The position numbers were made by a program, and so were the translations under genes. From Candidatus Woesebacteria bacterium UBA5941 (GTDB lineage Bacteria; Patescibacteriota; Microgenomatia; UBA8517): a DNA stretch of 64,000 nucleotides. The DNA is taken from assembly GCA_002430735.1 (NCBI GenBank), contig DJCV01000013.1, positions 33,460 to 97,459 of the forward strand, read 5' to 3'. Shown here one piece after another: positions 22,430 to 32,492 of the stretch. Within the stretch, counting starts at the first letter, position 1. Every line of letters begins with the position of its first letter. The notes under the pieces are model-generated. The model was given only the letters and a program-made list of their open reading frames with translations. It was not told the DNA's origin and searched no databases.

Positions 22430-24184
22430 ATGAAGAAACTAATGAACATTATTTTTAAACAGGCAAAAAGAAGCTTTCGTTCCGTTCTTCAATGGTGGCG
22501 GCATCTTTCTAAACGAACGCAGTTGAGTTTGAGTCTCTTTGAACTTGCGATTGTGTTCTTCGTGCTGCCAAACATTCATGGTGGTTTGAAAATTTTGGGG
22601 TTTGTAGAGAAAGACTTTATCGTCTCAACATCTGGTGCACTGTATGAAACCAATAACAATCCTTATTTTCGTGCACTAATTGGTAGTAGTAGCGATACCA
22701 AACAGTCTATTCTGAAATTTGAAATACAAGGTAAAACAGTAACCATAGGACTTCTTGATGCTGCAGAAGAAGCACCGGTTGTGAAACTTGTTGATGTAAA
22801 TGAGACTCCTTCTAACCTTATTATCCCTGAATCGCTCATACATGCTGAGGCTGAACTTGCCTCAGCTGAAGCTGTGTTGCAAGAAATTGCGAATAAAACC
22901 TATGAGGTTAGCCAAGAGGTATCAGAGATTATTGGAGAAGCTGAGCAGACGTTTTTTGGCCCGCGCGAGCAGATTGTTTTAAGAGCAATTGAAAAAATAA
23001 ACAAAGTTACCTATTATCGGAAACAGAACGCTCTCATTGAGACGATAGAACTTGTAAACCCAGACATTGAAACACTTCACTTTGTAGTGAAATCTCCCGA
23101 CATTTCTGTTCGTAAAACTCGATTGCAAGATTGGAACTTAGTGAGTGAAGGGAATGGGCTCATGACCGTTAAAACGCACATGGTGGATGGTCGTGGTGCA
23201 GTCTCAGCGCTACCTGAGGTAGATAATGCATTTACTGAAAGCACTGATGACACTATTCACCATTTGCTTCTACCCGTTGAGTGGATGCAATCACCCTCTC
23301 GAGTGTTCCCTCTGAAAGTTGTCCGCACATTTGCTCCTCTTGAGCCAGTACATGACTCTCTCGAATCCAAGCTACAAAATATAGTTGGAGAACAGTTTGT
23401 AGAACTCTCACTATTTACGTCTCACAACCCGCGGTTCTTAACCCTTTTCAAGGGAGATGTTTTATATTGGGAAGCACTATCAGGCACTATTTCACTTATT
23501 CAAAATGGAAATACAATACCGCTTTTTACCGAGCCGTTACTGTCAGGGCTTTCATGCACTGATAATGGGTGTTTCGCAGCAAGGACAGATACCATTCAGT
23601 TTTTTAACCCAACAGACATACTAAATCGCTTGCCTGAATCAGATATCAACACATTTTTCGAAAGTTTAAAGGTTTCTGATACTCCACTTGGTGGAATCGC
23701 TGTTGGGAAAGGTACAATTCTTCGTACAAGCTATTCAAGTCCAACAGGAGCCGTATATGGATCAAGCACTTTTGGTGGTGTCGAAAATAAAGTATATGAA
23801 AATGTAAGTTTTCCGTCGTTTCCAGCGGTCAGTGAAGACGGGCAATATCGAAGTTTTTGGGCTGAAGGGAAGCTGTTTATAGGTGAGGCAAATAGCAACT
23901 GGCAAACCATTTCAATCCCATTTGAACCTGAGTCAGTTTCCATTGGAAATGACAACCGTGTTTATTTTATAGTTAAGTTTGATCCTTTGCAGACGGATAT
24001 GGTTGTGCGAGTGACACCAGGTTTGGGACTTGAGATTCTCTCACACGTTACCGGGGACTTTAGTTCACTTCATATCACGAATGACACTCTCTACCTTGGG
24101 TTGAATATAGATGAACGGAACGGAGCTGTTTTGAAATTGCCACAGAATATTTTGGCATGGAATCAATGGAATGAATATGAATAA
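22430..24184 (+). CDS. membrane-anchored hypothetical protein; central WapA/Rhs N-terminus-like beta domain, possible C-terminal propeller
   Basis: N-terminal basic stretch + TM; MVDGRG...LPVEWMQSPSRVFPLKV resembles the (EWL..R.YPV.IDP) wall-protein domain; 7 bp after the giant gene. Confidence 0.65.
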   Translation: MKKLMNIIFKQAKRSFRSVLQWWRHLSKRTQLSLSLFELAIVFFVLPNIHGGLKILGFVEKDFIVSTSGALYETNNNPYFRALIGSSSDTKQSILKFEIQGKTVTIGLLDAAEEAPVVKLVDVNETPSNLIIPESLIHAEAELASAEAVLQEIANKTYEVSQEVSEIIGEAEQTFFGPREQIVLRAIEKINKVTYYRKQNALIETIELVNPDIETLHFVVKSPDISVRKTRLQDWNLVSEGNGLMTVKTHMVDGRGAVSALPEVDNAFTESTDDTIHHLLLPVEWMQSPSRVFPLKVVRTFAPLEPVHDSLESKLQNIVGEQFVELSLFTSHNPRFLTLFKGDVLYWEALSGTISLIQNGNTIPLFTEPLLSGLSCTDNGCFAARTDTIQFFNPTDILNRLPESDINTFFESLKVSDTPLGGIAVGKGTILRTSYSSPTGAVYGSSTFGGVENKVYENVSFPSFPAVSEDGQYRSFWAEGKLFIGEANSNWQTISIPFEPESVSIGNDNRVYFIVKFDPLQTDMVVRVTPGLGLEILSHVTGDFSSLHITNDTLYLGLNIDERNGAVLKLPQNILAWNQWNEYE

Positions 24185-27100
24185 GAAAAAATCAGTGTTC
24201 GCAGTATTACTTGTCATAGTGTTTATGGTTTCCTCCATGGGATTGCCACAACTTGTGTTATTTCAATCCCTCCAGAAGCCACTCCCGAAAACTCTTGAAA
24301 GAGCTCCAGAAGCAAAAGCTGAAAATGCGTACATTTCAGCTACAGCGTCAGTTACTACTGGAATACAAACCAATCATCATTCCTATACTCAGATAGCAGA
24401 TACCTTTGACTGGAGAATACTCACGACCGCTTCAGGACTCGATGCAACGGTAACATTCTCAAATGTTGCGCTGAATAGTGCCAACGTATTGTATGTGAAC
24501 TACAACGGGTCAGCTTCATCCGCATCATTAACGTACGAAATTCAGATTCGTGATTTTACTGCAGGCACATGGAGAACCATTAACCCACATGCAACAACGC
24601 TGGCCAACGTAACCGACCAGGCCGCCGGGCTTTTGTATCAGCCGACTGCTGCGGTTGCTGGAATGGGGCAGATCGCAATTTATGATGGATACTTTAGTAA
24701 TGGAAGCAACTCACCAGTTTCAATCCCATTGTCTGACTTTGTAAATGATAGTAATGAAGTGCAAATTCGATTCCTATCAGCCACAGTGACACCGAATCTT
24801 GAAATGCGTATTGATTATTTGTCTGTTGAACCAGCAATAGAAAACATGAAATATGCATCTTCTATGACAACTGCAGCAGGCACCGTTTCCAATGAATATA
24901 ACGATACAACAACAGACGACAATACAACAAACTTATCTATTGCGGCGACCGCAAGTGGTATTGACACATATTTGTCGTTTACGAACATGCCAACCCCGTA
25001 CACCGGGGCGAACGTTATTTTGGTGGAATATTCAGGAAATGATGACGCGTCACTTTCTGATTACAGTATTCAAGTCCGTGATTTCACTAACGGCCAATGG
25101 GATACGTTAAACGGAACTGTTTTAAATAGCGCAACTGATACCACCCATTACTTTGCAACTTCAACAGCACAAGCTGTTACAGACTATATCTCAGGAAATG
25201 AAATTCGGATTCGGTTTGTTTCAACTGATACGTCGGGTACTTTAAATATTGATTTTGCTCGAGTGACTATTGGGTCAGTCATGACTAATACAGGATTTTA
25301 TATAGATGAAATTAGTAGGGGATCTGTTTCAAGTGGAAGTGAAACAAACATGCAAACCATTGATACAACGTCAGCTGCATCTAGCTGGGTTCTTTCAACA
25401 AGTGCTTCAGATGTCACCGCAACAACCCAGTATCCAGGTGACTGTAATGCGGCTACTAATAACTGTGTTGGGGTAAATTTACAGCTTCCAGTAACTGTTC
25501 CTTCAAACACGATGGTAACCGGTGTGCACACTATGTTTCGATACAACACTTCAAGCGCAAACATCGATATGGAGTTTGGGATACGGAATGTGATGAATGG
25601 AAATATGGCGGTGACAACTGCTGTTGCCGATGAAACATCTCTTCAGTCGATGCGAAGGGAGTTAAGCTATCCAATGCCTCCACAAGTTGGAACAGACCCT
25701 TTGGTAACAGTTCCTGTGTATGAGCCCGAGTATTATGTAAACACAATAAACGATGCAATTAATTTTTATGCTCGATCTGCAGCTTCGTCGGCAAGTGGAA
25801 CGCTCACTCTTGATTTTGTCTTTGTCTCAATACGATATTTAGGCCCTTATAAAAGTGTGAGTAACAGATGGGTGCCTACTGGTGCAACGATTACAAACGG
25901 AACAAACAACGCCTCAAACTTTAGGTATGCAAACAGGGATGACTCAAACTATTATTCAGTTACTCCTAGTGGTAGTGGTACTGATTATTACTTGTCTTTC
26001 TCGAACGTTGAGATACCAACAAATGCCAATAAAATTATTATTGACACCCGCGCCCGTTCAAGCGCAGCTTCTCAAACGTATGAAATATATCTTTACGACT
26101 TTGTGAATACGACGTGGAGGGAAGTTACTCCGCATAGTACGAATTACACTTCTGATGGTACGCTAAGCACCGAGGAGTTAGTTCAAGTGGAAGTGTACGA
26201 TGGGTATTTTAGTAACGCGAGCGATGCACCTGTTTCAACGCCAATTTCAAATTTTGTGAGTTCTTCACAAATGCGTGTGCGATACGTAATGGCAAGTACA
26301 ACTAATCGTTTAGAGATTGATTGGGTAAATGTAGAGATTGCAAATGACCCGGTTTATTTTGCTGCAGATTCAACGATTACCAACGGAACTATTACAAATG
26401 AATATAATGATACAACGACAGATGATGCAACAACGAGTTATACAATTACAAATTCAAGCGGAATTGATTTTTACCTATCATTTAAAAATGTGTTGACTCC
26501 GCCCACGGGAGCGGATACTGCGTATTTACATGTGTCATCGCATATGACTGCAGGCGCAGGAAGTTATACTATTTCACTTTACAACTTTAATACAACGAGT
26601 TGGGTCCCATTTAATGGAACGGTATTAACACACACTTCCGATCGAACTGATTACTACTTCCTCAACATTTCTAATTGGGCTCATTATATTAGCGGTAACG
26701 AAATGCGCGTAAGGTTCAACTCAGCTTCAGCAGGAGGGACTATTGTTGTCGATTATGCCAAGCTAGCTCTTGGGTCTGTAACAAATAGTACCGTGGGACA
26801 AACAATTGATCTTGGAGGAACATATGTAAACTCATATTCAGAAACTGCAACACTTGATACCAGTAACTTTGTAGCACTTGAAAATTCATGGGGTATTCGC
26901 AGTCATCCAAACACGCAGTCTGCAGAGGCACTAGAAGCTCCAGCCTCAATTGCATTGACAGTGAATTATCCACTCACCGTACCGACGAATGTGTATCCTT
27001 CAGGCATCATTTGGGCAATGAAAGGGTCTAGTAATGCGACAACTATTTCACCAACTGTGTCATTTACCAATACAAAAATCGGTACTCGAGTTGCGACAAA

Positions 27101-27335
27101 TGCGCGAGGGGTAACGCTTGCTCTCAATGCACTCCCGAACGCGGGTGATTTAGGAACGTTTGCTTCAACAACCGAAGTTATGAGAGAAGGGTGGTTTATC
27201 GAAAACACGGCGAATGCTCTTTTGAACGAACAAAATATGGTTCAAATGCGTATTAGAACAACTGCTTCTACGCTCTTAGGCCCTGCATATTTTATGATTG
27301 ATGCAGGGTTTGTAGCTTTAAGGTACGCTGAATAA
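24171..27335 (+). CDS. secreted 1054-aa beta-rich protein with two ~505-aa internal repeats
   Basis: Signal peptide; YDGYFSN.S..PVS.P.S.FV and NEYNDTTTDD each occur twice, 1515 bp apart. Confidence 0.85.
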   Translation: MNMNKKKSVFAVLLVIVFMVSSMGLPQLVLFQSLQKPLPKTLERAPEAKAENAYISATASVTTGIQTNHHSYTQIADTFDWRILTTASGLDATVTFSNVALNSANVLYVNYNGSASSASLTYEIQIRDFTAGTWRTINPHATTLANVTDQAAGLLYQPTAAVAGMGQIAIYDGYFSNGSNSPVSIPLSDFVNDSNEVQIRFLSATVTPNLEMRIDYLSVEPAIENMKYASSMTTAAGTVSNEYNDTTTDDNTTNLSIAATASGIDTYLSFTNMPTPYTGANVILVEYSGNDDASLSDYSIQVRDFTNGQWDTLNGTVLNSATDTTHYFATSTAQAVTDYISGNEIRIRFVSTDTSGTLNIDFARVTIGSVMTNTGFYIDEISRGSVSSGSETNMQTIDTTSAASSWVLSTSASDVTATTQYPGDCNAATNNCVGVNLQLPVTVPSNTMVTGVHTMFRYNTSSANIDMEFGIRNVMNGNMAVTTAVADETSLQSMRRELSYPMPPQVGTDPLVTVPVYEPEYYVNTINDAINFYARSAASSASGTLTLDFVFVSIRYLGPYKSVSNRWVPTGATITNGTNNASNFRYANRDDSNYYSVTPSGSGTDYYLSFSNVEIPTNANKIIIDTRARSSAASQTYEIYLYDFVNTTWREVTPHSTNYTSDGTLSTEELVQVEVYDGYFSNASDAPVSTPISNFVSSSQMRVRYVMASTTNRLEIDWVNVEIANDPVYFAADSTITNGTITNEYNDTTTDDATTSYTITNSSGIDFYLSFKNVLTPPTGADTAYLHVSSHMTAGAGSYTISLYNFNTTSWVPFNGTVLTHTSDRTDYYFLNISNWAHYISGNEMRVRFNSASAGGTIVVDYAKLALGSVTNSTVGQTIDLGGTYVNSYSETATLDTSNFVALENSWGIRSHPNTQSAEALEAPASIALTVNYPLTVPTNVYPSGIIWAMKGSSNATTISPTVSFTNTKIGTRVATNARGVTLALNALPNAGDLGTFASTTEVMREGWFIENTANALLNEQNMVQMRIRTTASTLLGPAYFMIDAGFVALRYAE

Positions 27336-27345
27336 CCTGAAACAT

Positions 27346-30300
27346 ATGGCACTCAAAAAGAAAAAATTCATACTCTCAATTGTTTTAAGTTGTGCAATGA
27401 CTGCTCAATCGTGGCATTTACCGTATTTAATTTTAAACGAGGCACCACAGACACGGGAGCTTGCACAAAAATTACGTCCGAATGAAGTTTCAAGTGCAGA
27501 CGCTCGATTTCAGTTCCAGCCAACAACGACAACAGTGACTACAGCAAAAGGCACGACAGGGGATCATCTAGCGGTAGGTGCCGCTGATAATCTATATATG
27601 TATGCCACAAGCTCCGATTCAGGGCTCGACATCTCGTTTACTTTTAATAATGTTCGATTGTGGAGCGCGAACGCTATTCGTGTTTTCTATGATGGGTTTG
27701 CGAGCTCAGCATCACTTACATATGAGATTCAAATTCGGGATTATGTAAATAGTACCTGGCGAAATATTAATCCCCATGAGGCCACAAATACAAATACTGC
27801 TGACTCAACACTTGCAGGATCTCTTTCATCAGTTGCTGCAAATTTACCAGGTGGAGGAGTGATTGATATTTATGATGGTTACTTTAGTAATGGCAGTAAC
27901 ACTCCAGTTGCGACGCCGCTTTCTAATTTTGTAAACAGTGACAAGCAAATGCAAATTAGGTTTTATTATGCAGGTTCCACTGAGAACCTTCAGTTAGCAA
28001 TTGATAATATTACGATTCAACCATCTCAACTTCCATATTATTACCCATCAAGCTCAACAAAAAACAGTACTGGCGCACAGACAAATGAATATAATGATTT
28101 AACAACAGATGACGCGACAACAAGCATGACTTTTGCAGGAGCAGTTGGAGGGATTAGCAATGATTTTTACTTCACCAATGTGAGCCTCCCGTACTCTGAT
28201 GCAAATACATTCTTAATTGAGTACTCCGGCCATATTTCTACCTCTAACTACTCAATAGCAATATATGACTATAACGATGCAGAATATCAGACATTAAATG
28301 GAGCAGTGCTCACAAACACATCCGATGCTACCAATTACTTTGCTCTTGTGCCGGCTGCCAACAGCGACGCGATGGAAGACTTTATTGATGAGGCAAACAA
28401 TAATCGAATGAATATTAGGGTGACTTCCCCAACTACAAGCGGGACCCAAACAATCGATTTTTTAAAGCTTGTTATCGGTTCCACTCACACAAATACCGGT
28501 GACTATATAGCTGCGATTACTAGAGGAACAACTTCATCAGGAACTGAGGCAAATGTGAGGAATTTAGATACCTCAAATACGATTTCCCAATGGGTGTTGA
28601 ACGCGACGACATCAGAACAAGACACGGAGAGCTCTGGGGATTGTACAACTATCACTGGGTATTGTGTGGCAATGCAAGTAACAGTACCAGTTACAGTTTC
28701 TGCTCAAAATATTGTGCAATCGGTTATCCAATATGGTCGATTTAACACAAACAACGCAGACTCGGATCCACTCATGGCTGTGCGGGATGTTGCAGGGAGT
28801 TATGATGCAACTACCTCCTCAACAAACATGACGGCCGCGGCTATGGTTATTCGCGAAACCAACAACCCAATGCCTCAGCAAGTAGGATATGCAGCCCTTG
28901 CCGCTGTTCCTGCATTCACTCCAAACTCCTACGTTCGCAAAAGTTATAACTCTATGTCTATGCGTATTTATACCCCTGCTGCAGCTGCGGCACGAACCAT
29001 GAGTGTTGATTTCGCCTTTATGACGATTACACTGGTAACTCCACTTGAGCGTGAGGTGTACCGGAAAGTGCCATCAGGGGGTACTATTACTGCCGGCACT
29101 GAGACCAACTCGAATTATCGGTTTACCCAGGGAGATGATGCTGTAAACTGGGATTTAAACCCGAATGGTACAACTGGTACTGATGTCTATGTGTCTTTTA
29201 ACGACACGACAATTCCAACTGGTTCAAATAAGTTAATTATAACGAGTAACCATCGATGGGATGTTAATTCGGCAAGTTACGAAATGTATATTTATGATTT
29301 CGTTACAGACACATGGCGTGATATGTCGCCTCATGAGACGAATTTTACACACGACGCGACTGCTGCTAATTATGACTACATACAGCTTGAGATATTTGAC
29401 GGATATTTCAGTAATGGAAGTGGGACCCCTGTTTCAACACCATTATCAAACTTTGTTGAAAATGGGGAAGTGCGCGTCCGTATGTTATCTGCGTCAACTA
29501 CCGCGGATCTTGATTGGGATTTTGCCCAAATTCAATTCGTGATTGATCCATCGTATCTTCCTGCTGACATTGTAACAACCACAGGAACAGAGGCCAATGA
29601 ATATACTGATCTTTTTACTGATGACAACACAACGAACTTAACCTTAACCCCTTCTGGGAACGCGGTTGACTCATATTTGACGTTTGCGAATGTCGTGATG
29701 CCTCCTGAAGGCTTTAATGCGCTATTTGTAGAGTTTACTGGATGGAAGACAACCTCTGGCACAATCAACCTAAACTTACGCAATTTTACAACTGGCTCGT
29801 GGGAACCAATTAAGACAGGTGCCTCAATCGTTGCGCGTGCGACTCATTATTATGTCGTTGAGATAGGCGATTGGAGTAACTATATCGATTCGAATAACCA
29901 CATGCGGGTACAAATAACATCAGCAGCGAGTGCGACCGTTGTGAATCTTGATTTTATTCAAATCACTATGGGAATGGTTCCCAAGGCGGATACCCCCGTT
30001 ACGGCAAATTACGGGGCTATTATGAATGGAACCGCTGCAAGCTTGGGTAATATTGACACTATCTCAAGCACTGATGAATTGAACGGTGCTAATTACTTAA
30101 CTATTACTGAGTCAAACGCTACAACCGGGATTCCAGCCCATGACACCATGGGGGGAAAATCATTACAAGTTGATTTTCCTTTCCACGTTGACCCTGGAAC
30201 ATATCCAGTTGGGCTCATTTGGAATTATCGGGCTGCGTCACACACAACAGTTGTCGTAACACCTACTATTGAGACAGGTGGATTTAACTATCAATCACTT

Positions 30301-30624
30301 AACACAAGCTTTTTATATACGTTGCTTGCCGCGAATGCTATGGCTGCGACCTCTGACACTGCAGTTTTAACCTCGACAACACAAGCCTTTCGACAGGGTT
30401 GGTTCGTAGAACCACTAGCAAATTTATGGGATAGCGTTGATAACAGATTGAAATTTAGACTTGCGACTACAACAGGACTTGTGAATGCAGAGTGGGATTT
30501 GAGCGTGGACTTTGTGTTTTTGTCGTATCGATGGGTACCATTTGAGATAACTCCTAACCCCGAGCAACAAATGCGCGGAGGAACCTTTTTCTTTGGTGGT
30601 GATGAGCAGAAGAAGTCATTTTGA
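27346..30624 (+). CDS. secreted 1092-aa paralog of the upstream protein with two ~508-aa repeats
   Basis: Same DGYFSNGS.TPV.TPLSNFV and NEY.DL.TDD motifs twice (1524 bp apart); distinct C-terminal tail. Confidence 0.85.
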   Translation: MALKKKKFILSIVLSCAMTAQSWHLPYLILNEAPQTRELAQKLRPNEVSSADARFQFQPTTTTVTTAKGTTGDHLAVGAADNLYMYATSSDSGLDISFTFNNVRLWSANAIRVFYDGFASSASLTYEIQIRDYVNSTWRNINPHEATNTNTADSTLAGSLSSVAANLPGGGVIDIYDGYFSNGSNTPVATPLSNFVNSDKQMQIRFYYAGSTENLQLAIDNITIQPSQLPYYYPSSSTKNSTGAQTNEYNDLTTDDATTSMTFAGAVGGISNDFYFTNVSLPYSDANTFLIEYSGHISTSNYSIAIYDYNDAEYQTLNGAVLTNTSDATNYFALVPAANSDAMEDFIDEANNNRMNIRVTSPTTSGTQTIDFLKLVIGSTHTNTGDYIAAITRGTTSSGTEANVRNLDTSNTISQWVLNATTSEQDTESSGDCTTITGYCVAMQVTVPVTVSAQNIVQSVIQYGRFNTNNADSDPLMAVRDVAGSYDATTSSTNMTAAAMVIRETNNPMPQQVGYAALAAVPAFTPNSYVRKSYNSMSMRIYTPAAAAARTMSVDFAFMTITLVTPLEREVYRKVPSGGTITAGTETNSNYRFTQGDDAVNWDLNPNGTTGTDVYVSFNDTTIPTGSNKLIITSNHRWDVNSASYEMYIYDFVTDTWRDMSPHETNFTHDATAANYDYIQLEIFDGYFSNGSGTPVSTPLSNFVENGEVRVRMLSASTTADLDWDFAQIQFVIDPSYLPADIVTTTGTEANEYTDLFTDDNTTNLTLTPSGNAVDSYLTFANVVMPPEGFNALFVEFTGWKTTSGTINLNLRNFTTGSWEPIKTGASIVARATHYYVVEIGDWSNYIDSNNHMRVQITSAASATVVNLDFIQITMGMVPKADTPVTANYGAIMNGTAASLGNIDTISSTDELNGANYLTITESNATTGIPAHDTMGGKSLQVDFPFHVDPGTYPVGLIWNYRAASHTTVVVTPTIETGGFNYQSLNTSFLYTLLAANAMAATSDTAVLTSTTQAFRQGWFVEPLANLWDSVDNRLKFRLATTTGLVNAEWDLSVDFVFLSYRWVPFEITPNPEQQMRGGTFFFGGDEQKKSF

Positions 30625-30660
30625 GTTTGCAATGTCAGTGTGTTTTGGCTATGAATAAAC

Positions 30661-31662
30661 ATGGCGCAAAAAATTATCCCTACCGTTATTGCAATGGCGG
30701 GACTGTTTTTAATAGGCTTTTTTCTAGGAAAAAGTAACCCGGATTCATTGAACAGTGCTCTAAATACTATCCGAGGACAGCAAGTCAGACAAAGTGGATT
30801 CACATATATTAATCCGCTCCTTGAGTGTGAGATTGCAGAAGAACTGGATTTTGCGGAATTGACACCATTTAAGAAGGATGTTGAGAAGTATGTTGGTGAC
30901 CAAATTACGAGTGGGGATGCAACACATATTTCTATTTACTTTAGAGACCTCATGAACGGGCCGTGGATGGGAATAAATGAACGGGAGGAATTCTCCCCGA
31001 GTTCATTATTAAAAGTTCCCCTTATTATGTCTTTTTACTTACAAAGTGAAAAGGATCCCTCATTACTTGAACGAAAGTTTTTATATAACGGTACCTTTGA
31101 TATTGAGGATAATCAAAATATAACACCAGAGGAGACATTAGCAGTAGGTAACGAGTATTTCGGTGAAGAATTAATTGAGAGAACCATTCGTTTTTCTGAC
31201 AACAATGCGGCCAAGTTATTGTCTCAAAGCATGATGAGTGAGTATTTTTTTAAACCATATAAAGATCTTGGATTAAAGCTGCCAGTTATGTCAAACGGTG
31301 AGTATTACATTCGTGTTAAAGACTATGCATCATTTTTTCGAGTTCTCTACAATGCATCTTATTTGACTAAGACCAGTTCTGAAAAAGCACTTTCAATACT
31401 TGCACGCTCCACCTTCAATGAAGGGCTAAGGGGCGGCGTCCCGAGCACAATCCCAGTTGCCAGTAAATTTGGGGAACGAATCTGGGAAAATACAAACGAG
31501 CATCAAATGCATGATTGTGGGATTGTGTATTATCCAGGGCATCCTTATCTCTTATGTGTCATGACAAAAGGGAAGTCGTTTGAATCTCTCGAAAAAACAA
31601 TTTCTGGTGTGTCAAGGCTTATATATGAAAAGGCGAACGAGGCTTACTCGATTCGAGATTAA
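30661..31662 (+). CDS. class A beta-lactamase-fold serine hydrolase, membrane-anchored
   Basis: SxxK (PSSLLK), SDN, KFG (KTG-like), HDCGIVY; N-terminal TM. Confidence 0.88.
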   Translation: MAQKIIPTVIAMAGLFLIGFFLGKSNPDSLNSALNTIRGQQVRQSGFTYINPLLECEIAEELDFAELTPFKKDVEKYVGDQITSGDATHISIYFRDLMNGPWMGINEREEFSPSSLLKVPLIMSFYLQSEKDPSLLERKFLYNGTFDIEDNQNITPEETLAVGNEYFGEELIERTIRFSDNNAAKLLSQSMMSEYFFKPYKDLGLKLPVMSNGEYYIRVKDYASFFRVLYNASYLTKTSSEKALSILARSTFNEGLRGGVPSTIPVASKFGERIWENTNEHQMHDCGIVYYPGHPYLLCVMTKGKSFESLEKTISGVSRLIYEKANEAYSIRD

Positions 31663-31682
31663 TCTCTGATAGAATCTCATGT

Positions 31683-32417
31683 ATGGTATCCTTTAAGGTG
31701 AAAGTTTTGCATGTAAAGATTTTTTTCGGTCTCATTGCAGTGGTTGGAGTTACTGCAGTTGGTGTCATCACATTTCTTCGTCAAAACCCTTCGGTACTGG
31801 GATCTTCAAAAGTGACTACCGCAGGGGATCCACAGAAAGAATTGGACCAACTTGTGGCTGAAATTAAAAAAGTAATGATTCTACCTGGAGATGAAGTCCC
31901 TACGCTTGCTACAGTATCTGAAGCAGAAAAGCTTTCTTCTCAAACATTCTTTAAAAATGCACAAAATGGCGACAAAGTGCTCATTTACAAAAAAGTCAGA
32001 AAAGCGATTTTGTGGCGACCATCTGCACGCTTAATTATAGAAGTAGGAACAGTCACTTCGAATGAGAAACCTGTTTCACCAGACAGTTCTGCGAACAATG
32101 AGACAGATGCATCTGCGAAGATGGATGCGCCGAAACGAGTACTATTTGCCAATGGAACAACGCAACCTGGGTTGGCTTCGGCAATTGCAGATCAGGCAAA
32201 AACGATTCCAGGAGTCGTAGTTGTTGATCGAGTAATTGCAAAGCGAACTGACTACGAGAAAACTATTATTGTTGATTTAACAGGGAAACGGGAACTGGAA
32301 GCGCAGTTTTTATCCCAAGAAATTGGAGGTGAAGTAAGCACTCTTCCTGAGGGTGAAGTAAAGTCTGAGGGGGTGGATTTTATGGTGATCCTTGGAACTG
32401 ATCTAATTTCAGATTAA
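31683..32417 (+). CDS. membrane-anchored LytR C-terminal domain protein
   Basis: TM; LPGDEVPTLATV...FFKNAQNGDKVLIY; C-terminal VLFANGTTQPGLAS...DFMVILGTD. Confidence 0.8.
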   Translation: MVSFKVKVLHVKIFFGLIAVVGVTAVGVITFLRQNPSVLGSSKVTTAGDPQKELDQLVAEIKKVMILPGDEVPTLATVSEAEKLSSQTFFKNAQNGDKVLIYKKVRKAILWRPSARLIIEVGTVTSNEKPVSPDSSANNETDASAKMDAPKRVLFANGTTQPGLASAIADQAKTIPGVVVVDRVIAKRTDYEKTIIVDLTGKRELEAQFLSQEIGGEVSTLPEGEVKSEGVDFMVILGTDLISD

Positions 32418-32492
32418 ATCACGCTCCGTGCAGGGGACGACCACGCTTTTTGCTTTACATTCAGAAAAAACTCTCGTATAACAAAAGGTGTT

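Noticed and set aside
30661-31662. Antibiotic-resistance beta-lactamase
   Set aside because: The fold motifs are present, but it has KFG instead of KTG, no clear omega-loop ExxLN and a membrane anchor; resistance cannot be inferred
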